From Akkermansia sp. (lineage in GTDB: Bacteria > Verrucomicrobiota > Verrucomicrobiia > Verrucomicrobiales > Akkermansiaceae), in contig JAZRHL010000020.1 of assembly GCA_045644745.1 (NCBI GenBank), positions 2,998-66,997 on the forward strand: 64,000 nt of DNA, in the 5' to 3' direction. Positions 44,297 to 53,830 of this stretch are shown one piece after another. Both the position numbers and the translations under genes were made by a program. The first letter of the stretch is position 1, and each line of letters begins with the position of its first letter. The notes below the pieces were generated by a model. The model saw nothing but the letters and a program-made list of their open reading frames with translations, was not told the origin of the DNA and did no database searches.

Positions 44297-46150
44297 ATGA
44301 ACAACGAGTCCACATGCAAGTCCAAGTCTGAGGGTATAATGATGACCGGGGCCGAAGCCCTCGTGCAGAGCCTAGTACGAGAGGGTGTGGATGTAGTATT
44401 TGCTTATCCCGGTGGTGCAAGTATGCCGATTCACCAGGCTCTGAGCCATGAGCCCTCCATCCGGACTATTCTTCCCCGTCATGAGCAGGGTGGCGCCTTT
44501 GCTGCAGAAGGCTACGGCCGAGTCACTGGTAAGGTTGGCGTGTGCATGTCCACCTCCGGCCCCGGTGCAACGAACATGATTACCCCCATCGCTGATGCGA
44601 TGCTTGACTCCGTGCCTATGGTGGCCATTACGGCTCAGGTGGGTAGCGGCCTTATCGGTACATCTGCTTTCCAGGAGACCGACGTGTTCGGTATGACTGC
44701 GCCCATTGTCAAGCACAGCTATCTTGTTACCAAGCTGGAGGATATCCCCCGCATTGTGCGTGAAGCTTTCCATGTAGCCCGTACCGGTCGTCCCGGTCCT
44801 GTGGTGATTGATATTCCCAAGAATTTCCAGGAAGGTAAGTTTGTGCCTGATTTTGAGGAGGCTCTTGATTTGCCCGGCTACCAGCCTGAGATTCCCCTGA
44901 ATACGGCAGCTCTTGATGAGGTGCTTCCCATTCTCCTTTCCGCCAAGCGTCCCGCTATATATGCAGGCGGTGGTGTGGTGATTTCGAATGCAGCTGAGCA
45001 GCTTCGTGAGTTTGCTGAGCGTACTCAGATTCCTGTGGCTACCACGCTGATGGGCATCGGTGCCATGCCTGAGGAGCATCCCCTTTCTGTGCGTTGGCTG
45101 GGTATGCATGGCGCTGTGTATGCCAACAACACGGTAAATGAGGCAGATGTGGTTCTTGCCATTGGTGCTCGTTTCGATGACCGTGTGACAGGTGCCGTGC
45201 GCACGTTCTGTGAGCATGCCTGCATTATCCATGTTGATTATGATGCCGCAGAGCTCAACAAGAACAAGAAAGTTGACTATGCCATCCGCTCCGATGCAGG
45301 TCAGGCTCTTGCCTATCTGAATACCAAGCTTGAAGAAATGGGCATGTCTCCGCGTGCATACGATGTGGCCAACCGCCCTGAGTGGTTCGGTATCATTGAG
45401 GCATGGAAGAAGCAGTATCCGCTGTGTTATGTGAAGAATGAGCGCGAAATTGCTCCTCAGCAGGCAATCGAGGAGCTGTACAACCAGCTTAAGGATGAAG
45501 ATGCCATTATCTGCACAGGCGTAGGCCAGCACCAGATGTTTGCTGCCCAGTTCTACAAGTTTAATCAGCCCCGCCGCCTTTCCACGTCTGGTGGCCTTGG
45601 TTCCATGGGTTATGGCCTGCCCGCTGCCATGGGTGCCCACATGGCTTATCCCGATAAGCCCGTGGTTAATATCGACGGCGACGGTTCCTTCCTCATGAAT
45701 GTTCAGGAACTGGGCACGATTCATATCGAGAAGATGCCTATCAAGTGCATTATCCTCGACAACCAGCACCTTGGCATGGTGGTGCAGTGGGAAGACCTGA
45801 AGTATGATTCCAACCGCGCCCAGACCTTCCTGGCTGACCCGGCAGATGAATACGACCGTACCCACCGTACAGAGGAAATCCTGTACCCGAACTTCCCTGT
45901 GCTGTGCGCAGGCTTTGGTATCAAGTGTGAGCGTGTTGTGGATCCTGCCGACCTGGCTCCGGCCATCAAGCGCATGCTCGAGTCGAAGGAGGCATATGTA
46001 CTTGACGTGATGGTGCCGTATGACGTGCACGTGCTGCCGATGATTCCTGGCGGCATGGGGTATCGCGATGTGCTTCTTGAGCGTATTGCCGGCGATGGTA
46101 AGGGGCGTAAGGCCTCTGAGCTGGGTAAGGAGATACCTTCTGCTCTGTAA
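44297..46150 (+). CDS. ilvB: Acetolactate synthase, large (catalytic) subunit, biosynthetic type
   Basis: MTGAEALVQSLVREGVDVVFAYPGGA..., ThDP motif GLGSMGYGLPAAMGA...NIDGDGSFLMN. The start may be ATG 44339. Confidence 0.93.
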   Translation: MNNESTCKSKSEGIMMTGAEALVQSLVREGVDVVFAYPGGASMPIHQALSHEPSIRTILPRHEQGGAFAAEGYGRVTGKVGVCMSTSGPGATNMITPIADAMLDSVPMVAITAQVGSGLIGTSAFQETDVFGMTAPIVKHSYLVTKLEDIPRIVREAFHVARTGRPGPVVIDIPKNFQEGKFVPDFEEALDLPGYQPEIPLNTAALDEVLPILLSAKRPAIYAGGGVVISNAAEQLREFAERTQIPVATTLMGIGAMPEEHPLSVRWLGMHGAVYANNTVNEADVVLAIGARFDDRVTGAVRTFCEHACIIHVDYDAAELNKNKKVDYAIRSDAGQALAYLNTKLEEMGMSPRAYDVANRPEWFGIIEAWKKQYPLCYVKNEREIAPQQAIEELYNQLKDEDAIICTGVGQHQMFAAQFYKFNQPRRLSTSGGLGSMGYGLPAAMGAHMAYPDKPVVNIDGDGSFLMNVQELGTIHIEKMPIKCIILDNQHLGMVVQWEDLKYDSNRAQTFLADPADEYDRTHRTEEILYPNFPVLCAGFGIKCERVVDPADLAPAIKRMLESKEAYVLDVMVPYDVHVLPMIPGGMGYRDVLLERIAGDGKGRKASELGKEIPSAL

Positions 46151-46160
46151 GAGAGTTTTC

Positions 46161-46199
46161 CTCCACCTGCCGAAATTGATTCGGCAGGTGGAGTTTTTT
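46161..46199 (+). terminator. Strong intrinsic terminator directly after ilvB
   Basis: Perfect 14-bp stem CTCCACCTGCCGAA-attga-TTCGGCAGGTGGAG, followed by TTTTTT. Confidence 0.9.
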
Positions 46200-46213
46200 A
46201 ATTTATTGACGAT

Positions 46214-47749
46214 ATGCAGAACTCTGTTGTCAAGAATGTGCTGGCAGTGCTCGTTCTTGTGGTACTGTGTTTCGTTGTGGGCGCACAAGCCGCTGAAAAC
46301 GCTACATCCTCTGTGGCTATCATAGCTGCAGTGCTTGGTGGTTTGTTGCTGATTTGGCTTGGCCCGCGAAGTTGGATTCTGATTTATCTTCTGCCTCCGG
46401 TGTTGGCTTTGATTCCCCTGCCAGGCGTGCTTGTTCAATTACCGTTCACTTATATAACATGCATTGGTGTGTTTATTTATTGGGGGGTGATGTGGGGAAT
46501 GGGGTATGTCAGGTTCAAATGGCGCAGCCTATTCGTGATGGATATACTGATATTCGTCATGGCTGCGTACATGGTGGCTTCGTATATTAGACATCCGGTG
46601 TCAATGGCCATATTAGGCTTGGAAACCGAGTACGTTGGTGGTAAGGAATATGCTTTCGCCATAGGTGCTACAATCTATTATTTGGCAGTCAGTAGTATAC
46701 CTAGCAGTTATGAGCAGGTGCAAAAGGTGTTTCGCTGGGCTGTCAGATTGGTGATAGTATTAAGTATTTTTACCATTTTTCTCAGACTCGCCGGTGTTCG
46801 AGGTGACGTGAATATGGAAAATCTGGCGGACGCTGCCTCCAATAGCCGTTTCACCATGTTTGCTCCGTTGGGCGCATATTGCATATATATCATTTACGGC
46901 CAGACGCCCCTGTCTGTGGTGCTGACATCTCCATTTAAGCTTGTTGGTATTTTGCTTTCGCTTATTGCAATCCTGTTATCAGGGTGGCGCGAAGTTCTTA
47001 TGTCCAACTGTTTTGTTATTGCTGCGTTAGCGTTTGTAAAACGAGAATTATGGTGTCTTGTCCTGTTGGGGATGATGGCGTATGGCGGCATTTTATTCCT
47101 GAGTGCGGAGGGCATAATTAAAGAAATGCCGTATGGTATTCAGCGCTGTCTGTCTGTTGCCCCTGGTGTGGAAATTGCTCCGGATATTCGCATTGAAACA
47201 GAACATTCGAGTAGCTGGCGTGTAGAAATGTGGCAGTGGGCTCTGGACTCCCGATATGGATATATTAAAGATTATACGTGGGGCGATGGCTTTGGACAGT
47301 CAGTGGATTATTTGCGAAGAGAAGCCACATCCTTGATGCGTGGAACAAGTCTTATGGGTGACCAGGATTATTTCGCGCGTACCGGACTGTGGCATAGCGG
47401 ATATATTACATCTATACACCGATTGGGTTATGTAGGCCTGTGTATAATCAGTTTGATATACCTGTGTGGTATTTGTATAATGTTCAGGACGTGTTTTGCT
47501 TTGAAAGGAACTGTATTATTTTTACCAGCTTTGTTTTTTGTCTTGCCTTATGCAGGGACCCCCTCGTTGTTCTACATTTCTGAAGGTACGATAGTAAAGT
47601 TTTTCAGTACATATATTTTATTGGGCAATATGAAATTGTTCTATTGCGTAGCCAGAGAGCAGGGGCTTATCGAGCCTTGGTTCCGACGTAAGAAGTACGT
47701 GCCTCTGGTTATTAAGGAACATGCTGATCAATTAAGTCTTCCCAGTTGA
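46214..47749 (+). CDS. Polytopic membrane protein, O-antigen ligase / Wzy polymerase-like (AT-rich gene)
   Basis: 511 aa with more than 10 TM segments and one large loop (EHSSSWRVEMWQWALDS...). Markedly AT-richer than its neighbours. The family call rests on topology and is tentative. Confidence 0.55.
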   Translation: MQNSVVKNVLAVLVLVVLCFVVGAQAAENATSSVAIIAAVLGGLLLIWLGPRSWILIYLLPPVLALIPLPGVLVQLPFTYITCIGVFIYWGVMWGMGYVRFKWRSLFVMDILIFVMAAYMVASYIRHPVSMAILGLETEYVGGKEYAFAIGATIYYLAVSSIPSSYEQVQKVFRWAVRLVIVLSIFTIFLRLAGVRGDVNMENLADAASNSRFTMFAPLGAYCIYIIYGQTPLSVVLTSPFKLVGILLSLIAILLSGWREVLMSNCFVIAALAFVKRELWCLVLLGMMAYGGILFLSAEGIIKEMPYGIQRCLSVAPGVEIAPDIRIETEHSSSWRVEMWQWALDSRYGYIKDYTWGDGFGQSVDYLRREATSLMRGTSLMGDQDYFARTGLWHSGYITSIHRLGYVGLCIISLIYLCGICIMFRTCFALKGTVLFLPALFFVLPYAGTPSLFYISEGTIVKFFSTYILLGNMKLFYCVAREQGLIEPWFRRKKYVPLVIKEHADQLSLPS

Positions 47750-47761
47750 AATAAAATGAGA

Positions 47762-47795
47762 ACGCCGCAGAGATCGACCTCTCTGCGGCGTTTCT
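47762..47795 (+). terminator. Hairpin terminator (12-bp stem) between convergent genes
   Basis: ACGCCGCAGAGA-tcgacc-TCTCTGCGGCGT, then TTCTG. A-rich on the other side. Confidence 0.6.
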
Positions 47796-47843
47796 GTAGT
47801 TAGCGTGTCGGCTTCTTGTCGAAGCCCCTTCGCGCACTTACGA

Positions 47844-48095
47844 TTAGTGGCGGAGGGAAAGACGCACCAGCAGATCCTTGTACAGATCCGGGTTCGTGCG
47901 CTTGGCATAATCCAGAAGCTTACGGCGGCGGGCCACCATCATGAGCAGACCGCGACGGGAGGCGTGGTCGTGCTTGTTGGCGATGAGGTGCTGCGTAAGG
48001 TGGGCAATGCGCTTGGTAAGCACTGCAACCTGGAAACCGGTGGAGCCAGTGTCCTTTTCGTTCGTCTTGAAGTCGTTGACGTTGATTTCGCTCAT
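47844..48095 (-). CDS. rpsO: 30S ribosomal protein S15
   Basis: ...TGSTGFQVAVLTKRIAHLTQHL..HKHDHASRRGLLMMVARRRKLLDY. Start set at ATG 48095. Confidence 0.95.
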   Translation of the reverse strand: MSEINVNDFKTNEKDTGSTGFQVAVLTKRIAHLTQHLIANKHDHASRRGLLMMVARRRKLLDYAKRTNPDLYKDLLVRLSLRH

Positions 48096-48160
48096 TTTAG
48101 TATCTTGTGTTAGTGGTTGATTTTTCGTGGCTGCGGCAAATCGACCTACAAGGTGAGTGG

Positions 48161-48188
48161 ATAATAGCACTAATCGACGCATTTGCAA
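48161..48188 (-). promoter_or_regulatory. Promoter TTGCAA-16-TATTAT for rpsO, giving a ~60-nt 5' leader
   Basis: Reverse complement of 48183..48188 and 48161..48166. Confidence 0.55.
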
Positions 48189-48276
48189 GCCTAAAAGCTA
48201 AAAAAATAATCTAACATGTACTAGTGGCTCACTTTCTGCTTGCCTCGGCGGGTAACTGTGATAAGCTGGAAACACC

Positions 48277-48837
48277 ATGGAACTGATGCCCGGATTCGAT
48301 TCTGCTCGCGCGATTTTCTGCACCATAGCCTGGGCCGCCACGCTGCTGGCAGCCCTCATGTTTGTGATTTCTTTTTTCACGGATTTTGATGGCGGAGGTG
48401 ATGCTGATGTTTCAGCCGGCGATGGCGCTGATACGGGGATGTTCTCATTCCGCGCAGTAATTGGTTTCTTCCTCGGGTTTGGATGGGGTGGATATATCTG
48501 CCAGCAAGCCATGGGAGATGCCATGTGGGCCAGTGGTGTCGGGCTTGGCGTGGGCCTTATCATGTTCGTGCTGGTGGCCATGCTCATCCGTATGATTTAT
48601 GGCCTGCGCTCAGATGGTAATATTACCGCCGACAGTCTGGTGGGTTTGATTGGTACGGTGTATGTGACCATTCCTCCTCATGGTGAGCCGGGTGGTCAGG
48701 TTCAGGTGGCTCATCCGAACCAGCTTATTACCATTGCTGCGGTGCAGAAGGGCGCTGAAGCCCTGGCCGCCGGAACCCGCATTACCGTTATTGCTTCCGT
48801 GGCGGGGCAGGTAACAGTACAACCCATTTCCCAATAA
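48277..48837 (+). CDS. NfeD/YqiJ-like membrane protein (partner of flotillin)
   Basis: TM segments, an acidic DGGGDADVSAGDGAD loop, and a C-terminal OB-like soluble domain (GLIGTVYVTIPPHGEPGGQVQV...). Sits directly upstream of the flotillin gene. Confidence 0.7.
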   Translation: MELMPGFDSARAIFCTIAWAATLLAALMFVISFFTDFDGGGDADVSAGDGADTGMFSFRAVIGFFLGFGWGGYICQQAMGDAMWASGVGLGVGLIMFVLVAMLIRMIYGLRSDGNITADSLVGLIGTVYVTIPPHGEPGGQVQVAHPNQLITIAAVQKGAEALAAGTRITVIASVAGQVTVQPISQ

Positions 48838-48863
48838 AACAACAACCCAAAATACGACTGACT

Positions 48864-50360
48864 ATGACCGAAAATACAATCCAGATTGTGGCCGCCTCTG
48901 TGGGCGCAAGCAATATCGTTGCCATCATCATTCTGGTGGCATTCCTGCTGGGTACCGTGGTGTGGCTCTTCAGCCGCTACAAGATGTGCCCGTCTGATAA
49001 GATTCTCATCGTCTACGGTAACGTAGGTGCCGGGCGTTCTGCGAAGTGCATCCACGGTGGTGCAACCTTTATCATGCCCATCGTGCAGAGCTATGCGTTC
49101 ATGGACCTGAATCCCATCAATATTGATGTACCGCTGAAGGGTGCTCTTTCCAGCCAGAATATCCGTGTAGACGTGCCGTCCTCCTTCATTGTGGGCATCA
49201 GCACACAGCCGGAAATCATGCAGAATGCCGCCAGCCGTCTGCTGGGCCGTACTCGCCAGGATATCCGCGACCTCGCCTCTGAAATCATCATGGGCCAGAT
49301 GCGTGTGGTCATCGCTTCTCTTACCATTGAGGAAATCAACGCCGACCGCGAGAAGCTTATTAAGGGAATCACCGGCGGCGTGGATGTTGAGCTGCATAAG
49401 GTAGGCCTTTACCTCATTAATGCCAACATTACTGATATCCGCGATGCTTCCGGTTATATTGCCGCTCTCGGTCAGGAGGCTGCCGCCCGCGCTATCAATG
49501 ACGCCATGATTAAGGTGGCCGAAGAGACCCGCCGTGGTGAGATTGGTAAGGCTGAGGCTCTGCGTGAACAGACGGTGCAGGTGGCCATGGCCAATGCTGC
49601 CGCTGTGGAAGGTAACAACGAGGCACAGATGAAGGTGGCCGATTCCAACGCCCGCCTCAAGGTGCGTCAGGCAGAAGCTGCCCGTATCGCCCTGGTGGCC
49701 GAAAAGGAACAGGCTGCCCAGGCAGAGGCTGCCGGCTACATTGCTAATCGAGATGCTGAAATGAAGCGCGCCGAACTCGAGCGCGCCACGCAGACAGCCA
49801 ATGAAATCGTGAAGGCTGAAATTCTGAAGCGTAAGCAGGAAATCGCCGCCGAGGCCGTGGCCTCTGTCATGGTGAAGGAGCAGCAGGGTAAGGCTGATGC
49901 CCTTGTGATTGAGAAGGAAGCCGAAGGTCTCGCTGCTACCAAGCTGGCTAAGGGTGAAGCTGATGCTCTTCTGCTTAAGAAGAAGGCAGAAGGTGAAGGC
50001 CTCGAGCTGGTGGGCCGTGGTAATGCAGCGGCTATTCAGGCTGCGCTGGAGGCTAAGGCCACCGGTTTCCGCCAGATTGTCGCGGCCGCTGGTGATGCCC
50101 GTGCCGCCTCTGGTCTGCTGGTCACTGAGCAGCTGCCCACTATCGTGGAAACTCAGGCTAGCGCTATCCGCAATCTTTCCTTCGATAAGGTGGTGGTCAT
50201 GGGTGGCGGCGACAGCAAGAGCGGCTCTGTGGGCGGTTTTGTGCAGAACCTGGTCACGGGTACGCTTCCGCTGCATGAGCTTGCTCAGAGCGTGGGTGTG
50301 CAGCTGCCCGATTATCTGGGCAAGAGCACCGATACCCCTGATTCTGCGCCCAAGGCTTAA
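48864..50360 (+). CDS. Flotillin family (SPFH/Band 7) protein, YqiK/FloT-like
   Basis: N-terminal TM, an SPFH domain, then a long Ala/Glu/Lys-rich flotillin coiled-coil (EAAR...AEAEA repeats). Confidence 0.9.
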   Translation: MTENTIQIVAASVGASNIVAIIILVAFLLGTVVWLFSRYKMCPSDKILIVYGNVGAGRSAKCIHGGATFIMPIVQSYAFMDLNPINIDVPLKGALSSQNIRVDVPSSFIVGISTQPEIMQNAASRLLGRTRQDIRDLASEIIMGQMRVVIASLTIEEINADREKLIKGITGGVDVELHKVGLYLINANITDIRDASGYIAALGQEAAARAINDAMIKVAEETRRGEIGKAEALREQTVQVAMANAAAVEGNNEAQMKVADSNARLKVRQAEAARIALVAEKEQAAQAEAAGYIANRDAEMKRAELERATQTANEIVKAEILKRKQEIAAEAVASVMVKEQQGKADALVIEKEAEGLAATKLAKGEADALLLKKKAEGEGLELVGRGNAAAIQAALEAKATGFRQIVAAAGDARAASGLLVTEQLPTIVETQASAIRNLSFDKVVVMGGGDSKSGSVGGFVQNLVTGTLPLHELAQSVGVQLPDYLGKSTDTPDSAPKA

Positions 50361-50381
50361 ATATCCCGATTATATTAAAGA

Positions 50382-50419
50382 AATCCCCCGTTGCTCGGTT
50401 ATGCAGCGGGGGATTTTTT
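50382..50419 (+). terminator. Intrinsic terminator after the flotillin gene
   Basis: AATCCCCCG...CGGGGGATT 9-bp stem, followed by TTTTTG. Confidence 0.8.
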
Positions 50420-50436
50420 GTATCCGCGTGTTAAAG

Positions 50437-51318
50437 TCAGAGTTTCGGAGCCCGGTGTTGGGGTAATGGCATACTGCGCTGCGCATGCATGATGGAATCG
50501 GCCATATTGCGTACCGTCTCTACCAGGATGTTGTTCAGGTGGCTCCCTTCGCGGTAATCAGCCGGGGCGAAGAAATCGACTCGGTGCTGGCTGGATTTCA
50601 GGCCGTAGCATTTGCGGAAACTTCTGCGAGTCTCGTCATCCGGGTTATACACGGCCACACTCAGGCCTCCTTGTTGGCGCATTACTGTGAAACATGGCAC
50701 ATCGGTAGGGCCATCGCCTATGTAGATCATGTGGTCGAACGGAACAGGTCGCAGGTCTGATTCCATATGGTCGTTCACGTCTTCAATGTAATCCAGCATC
50801 CCCTTGTTGATACGGAACAGATATTGCGTTTTACTCGTGTGAGAAATTACCCGCTTCGGGAAGCCTATGCAGCCGTTCTCATCACTGAACTCGCAGGCAA
50901 ATACCTCTCTCATGTAGGGGCGTATGATTGACCCGTCCAGGATGCTCTTGATTCCGCTTGAAATAATGTAGAACTCAACGTGTATACCTGCGTATTTGTG
51001 TTCCTTGGTCAGCGCCAGATCCTCAAATGTTTCAAAGAATTCGGGAATGCCACGGTAGTATGTGAGCTTCTGCCCAAGCTCCCTGAGACGGTTGTTGGTG
51101 ACTCCGTCCAGCTGCAGCACATCCAGTATTTCTTTCAGGTAGCTCAGCTCACCATCCCAGCCTTCTTCCTTGCTCCGGTCATTGCATCGTTTCCAGAATT
51201 GTTCGGGGTTGATTCCGAACTCCGGAAAGATAGTGTCTTCCTGCATGTTGCGGGGGCTGAGCGTCTGGTCAAAATCAAAAACGAGCGCAATAGTATTCTG
51301 AGGAACGGCCATATTCAA
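50437..51318 (-). CDS. HAD-superfamily hydrolase-like protein (AT-richer gene)
   Basis: Motif I FDFDQTL (DxDxT) near the N-terminus and motif [10 protein letters not shown]. 293 aa with a large cap region. Subfamily unknown. Confidence 0.6.
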   Translation of the reverse strand: MNMAVPQNTIALVFDFDQTLSPRNMQEDTIFPEFGINPEQFWKRCNDRSKEEGWDGELSYLKEILDVLQLDGVTNNRLRELGQKLTYYRGIPEFFETFEDLALTKEHKYAGIHVEFYIISSGIKSILDGSIIRPYMREVFACEFSDENGCIGFPKRVISHTSKTQYLFRINKGMLDYIEDVNDHMESDLRPVPFDHMIYIGDGPTDVPCFTVMRQQGGLSVAVYNPDDETRRSFRKCYGLKSSQHRVDFFAPADYREGSHLNNILVETVRNMADSIMHAQRSMPLPQHRAPKL

Positions 51319-51398
51319 GAATATATCCCTATATCATTTGCTCTGCAAGAAAAATCGCCAATCGTGAAAGCAGAAATTGCATTGACAAAAGGCTCATA

Positions 51399-51896
51399 AT
51401 GGTATTGAATAGAGGCATGCGAGCCCGTCTTGTCCTTTCCGCTGTTGCTGCCTGTCTGTTTGCTGCCTGTTCGCAGGTGCAGACTTCACATATTACCGGC
51501 ATGGTGGATTTGCCGTTGAAAACTACAGCTCTGCCCAACGACCGCTGGCAGGAGGCTCCGTTGCGCGCTAATGCACAGTACGTGCTCTACGGCGCTAACT
51601 CGAACAAGGAGCGTCGGCTGCGCATCGGTGATTACTACTTCCTGAGCTGGTACGACGCAGAGCCGCAGAAGCCAGTGCGCGTGGAAATGCTCTACACGCA
51701 GGCCCTTACCGGGGCGGATGTGCTTTCCCGCGTGGTGGAGTACAATGAACCTCGCGAGTCTTGTGGTACACGCAAGGAGAAATTTCACTTTTCCGGGCCG
51801 GAACGTGCCAAACGGGGTGATGTGATGACCTGGAAGGTGAACCTCTACTGCGACGGCAAGCTGGTAGATTCTTTGCAGTCCTATCTTTGGGAATAA
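51399..51896 (+). CDS. Lipoprotein of unknown function
   Basis: RARLVLSAVAACLFAACSQ lipobox, then a beta-rich body. Confidence 0.6.
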   Translation: MVLNRGMRARLVLSAVAACLFAACSQVQTSHITGMVDLPLKTTALPNDRWQEAPLRANAQYVLYGANSNKERRLRIGDYYFLSWYDAEPQKPVRVEMLYTQALTGADVLSRVVEYNEPRESCGTRKEKFHFSGPERAKRGDVMTWKVNLYCDGKLVDSLQSYLWE

Positions 51897-51906
51897 GCGA
51901 ATTCGC

Positions 51907-51935
51907 TTGACTTGTCGGCGCTTGTAGCGTATCCT
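51907..51935 (+). promoter_or_regulatory. Promoter TTGACT-17-TATCCT, 9 nt before the lepA ATG
   Basis: Read directly. Confidence 0.5.
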
Positions 51936-51944
51936 TGCGCGCGC

Positions 51945-53753
51945 ATGGCAACGGATATCAAATTCAAGCGCAATTTCTCCATTATTGCCCACATTGACCA
52001 CGGCAAGACGACCCTTTCGGACCGTCTGCTCGAGTTCACTAACACCATCGGCGAACGAGACAAGCAGGACCAGCTGCTCGATGCCATGGATCTGGAGCGC
52101 GAGAAGGGGATTACCATCAAGTCCCACCCCGTCACCATGCGCTACAAGGCCAAGGATGGTAACACCTACGAGCTCAATCTGCTCGACACCCCGGGTCATG
52201 TGGACTTCTCCTACGAGGTGAGCCGTTCCCTCGCTGCCTGTGATGGCGCCGTGCTCATTGTGGACGCCGCCCAGGGTGTGGAAGCCCAGACTCTTGCTAA
52301 TATGCACCTGGCCGTGGAGCAGAATCTCGAAATCGTGCCTGTGGTCAACAAGATTGACCTTCCCAGCACCAACCTGCCGCAGGTATACCGCCAGCTCGAG
52401 GAAATTGTCTGCATTCCCAAGGAAGAGGCTATCCTTTGCTCTGCCAAGGCCGGTATTGGCATCGAGGACGTGCTCGAGGCCATTGTTACCCGCGTGCCTG
52501 CCCCTAAGGTGATGGAGGACGATAACCACCTCCGCGCCCTGGTGTTCGACTCTGTGTACGATGCCTACCGCGGTGTGGTGTCCTATGTGCGACTTGTGAG
52601 CGGCCGAGTTGCCCGCGGCATGAAGGTAAAGCTTTTCGCTACAGATGAAACCTACGAAGTGAAGGAGGTAGGTATCTTTACTCCCAAGATGCAGGCCACG
52701 GACGAGCTGCACACCGGCGACGTGGGCTACATCATTGCCAACATGAAGAGCGCTGCCGATGTGAAGATTGGCGATACCTACACCAATCTGGCAGATCCCT
52801 GCAGCGAGCCGCTGCCCGGCTTCAAGGAAATCCGTCCCATGGTGTTCTCCGGCATCTACCCCGTGGATTCCGGCGACTACGAGGCCCTGAAGGCCGCCAT
52901 GGCCAAGCTGCAGATTAATGATGCAGCTTTCACCTACATGGGCGAAAGCTCCGTGGCTCTCGGTTTCGGTTTCCGCTGCGGCTTCCTTGGTCTGCTGCAT
53001 ATGGAGATTATCCAGGAACGCCTGCGCCGCGAGTTCAATATGGATGTGATTTCCACCTATCCCTCGGTGATTTACGAAGTGCGCAAGACCGACGGCGAGG
53101 AGATCAACGTGGATAACCCCAGCATCCTTCCCGAACCTCAGGAGATTGATGAAATCCGCGAGCCTATCGTCAAGGTGTTCATCATGATTCCCAGTGAATA
53201 CATCGGCGCTATCATGAGCATCGTGATGGAGAAACGCGGTGAACTGACCCACACGGAGACGATTGACGATACCCGCGTGATGCTTACCTGCCGCATCCCC
53301 ATGGCCGAAATTCTGGTAGACTTCAACGATAAACTCAAGAGCGCCACCCGTGGTTACGGTTCCATGGACTACGAGTACGATGGCTACCAGGCCGCCAAGC
53401 TCGTGAAGATGGATATGATGATTGCCGGTGAGCCGGTGGATGCCTTCTCCATGATTGTGCATCGCGACCGTGCTGAAGCCGTAGGCCGCGAACTCGCCAC
53501 CAAGCTCAAGGATGTGATTCCCCGCCAGCTCTTCACTGTGGCTATCCAGGCCTGCATTGGCGGCAAGATTATCGCCCGCGAAAGCATTTCCCCCATGCGC
53601 AAGAACGTGACCGCCAAGTGCTACGGTGGTGACGTCACCCGTAAGCGCAAGCTCCTCGAAAAGCAGAAGGAAGGTAAGAAGCGCATGAAGGCCATCGGTA
53701 AGGTGAGCATTCCGCAGGAAGCCTTTATCAATGTGCTTAAGAGCGGCGATTGA
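51945..53753 (+). CDS. lepA: Translation elongation factor 4
   Basis: IRNFSIIAHIDHGKTTLSDRLL, DTPGHVDF, NKID, and the LepA-specific C-terminus ...GKKRMKAIGKVSIPQEAF. Confidence 0.97.
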   Translation: MATDIKFKRNFSIIAHIDHGKTTLSDRLLEFTNTIGERDKQDQLLDAMDLEREKGITIKSHPVTMRYKAKDGNTYELNLLDTPGHVDFSYEVSRSLAACDGAVLIVDAAQGVEAQTLANMHLAVEQNLEIVPVVNKIDLPSTNLPQVYRQLEEIVCIPKEEAILCSAKAGIGIEDVLEAIVTRVPAPKVMEDDNHLRALVFDSVYDAYRGVVSYVRLVSGRVARGMKVKLFATDETYEVKEVGIFTPKMQATDELHTGDVGYIIANMKSAADVKIGDTYTNLADPCSEPLPGFKEIRPMVFSGIYPVDSGDYEALKAAMAKLQINDAAFTYMGESSVALGFGFRCGFLGLLHMEIIQERLRREFNMDVISTYPSVIYEVRKTDGEEINVDNPSILPEPQEIDEIREPIVKVFIMIPSEYIGAIMSIVMEKRGELTHTETIDDTRVMLTCRIPMAEILVDFNDKLKSATRGYGSMDYEYDGYQAAKLVKMDMMIAGEPVDAFSMIVHRDRAEAVGRELATKLKDVIPRQLFTVAIQACIGGKIIARESISPMRKNVTAKCYGGDVTRKRKLLEKQKEGKKRMKAIGKVSIPQEAFINVLKSGD

Positions 53754-53770
53754 TGCCTGCCCGATTTTTC

Positions 53771-53809
53771 AAAAAACAAAAGAGCCGCAGTTTTCGCTGC
53801 GGCACTTTT
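53771..53809. terminator. Bidirectional terminator between lepA and rho
   Basis: GCCGCAG-ttttcg-CTGCGGC hairpin flanked by an A-run (AAAAAACAAAAGA) and ACTTTTG. Confidence 0.65.
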
Positions 53810-53830
53810 GTGTCTGGAAACTTTGTATAA

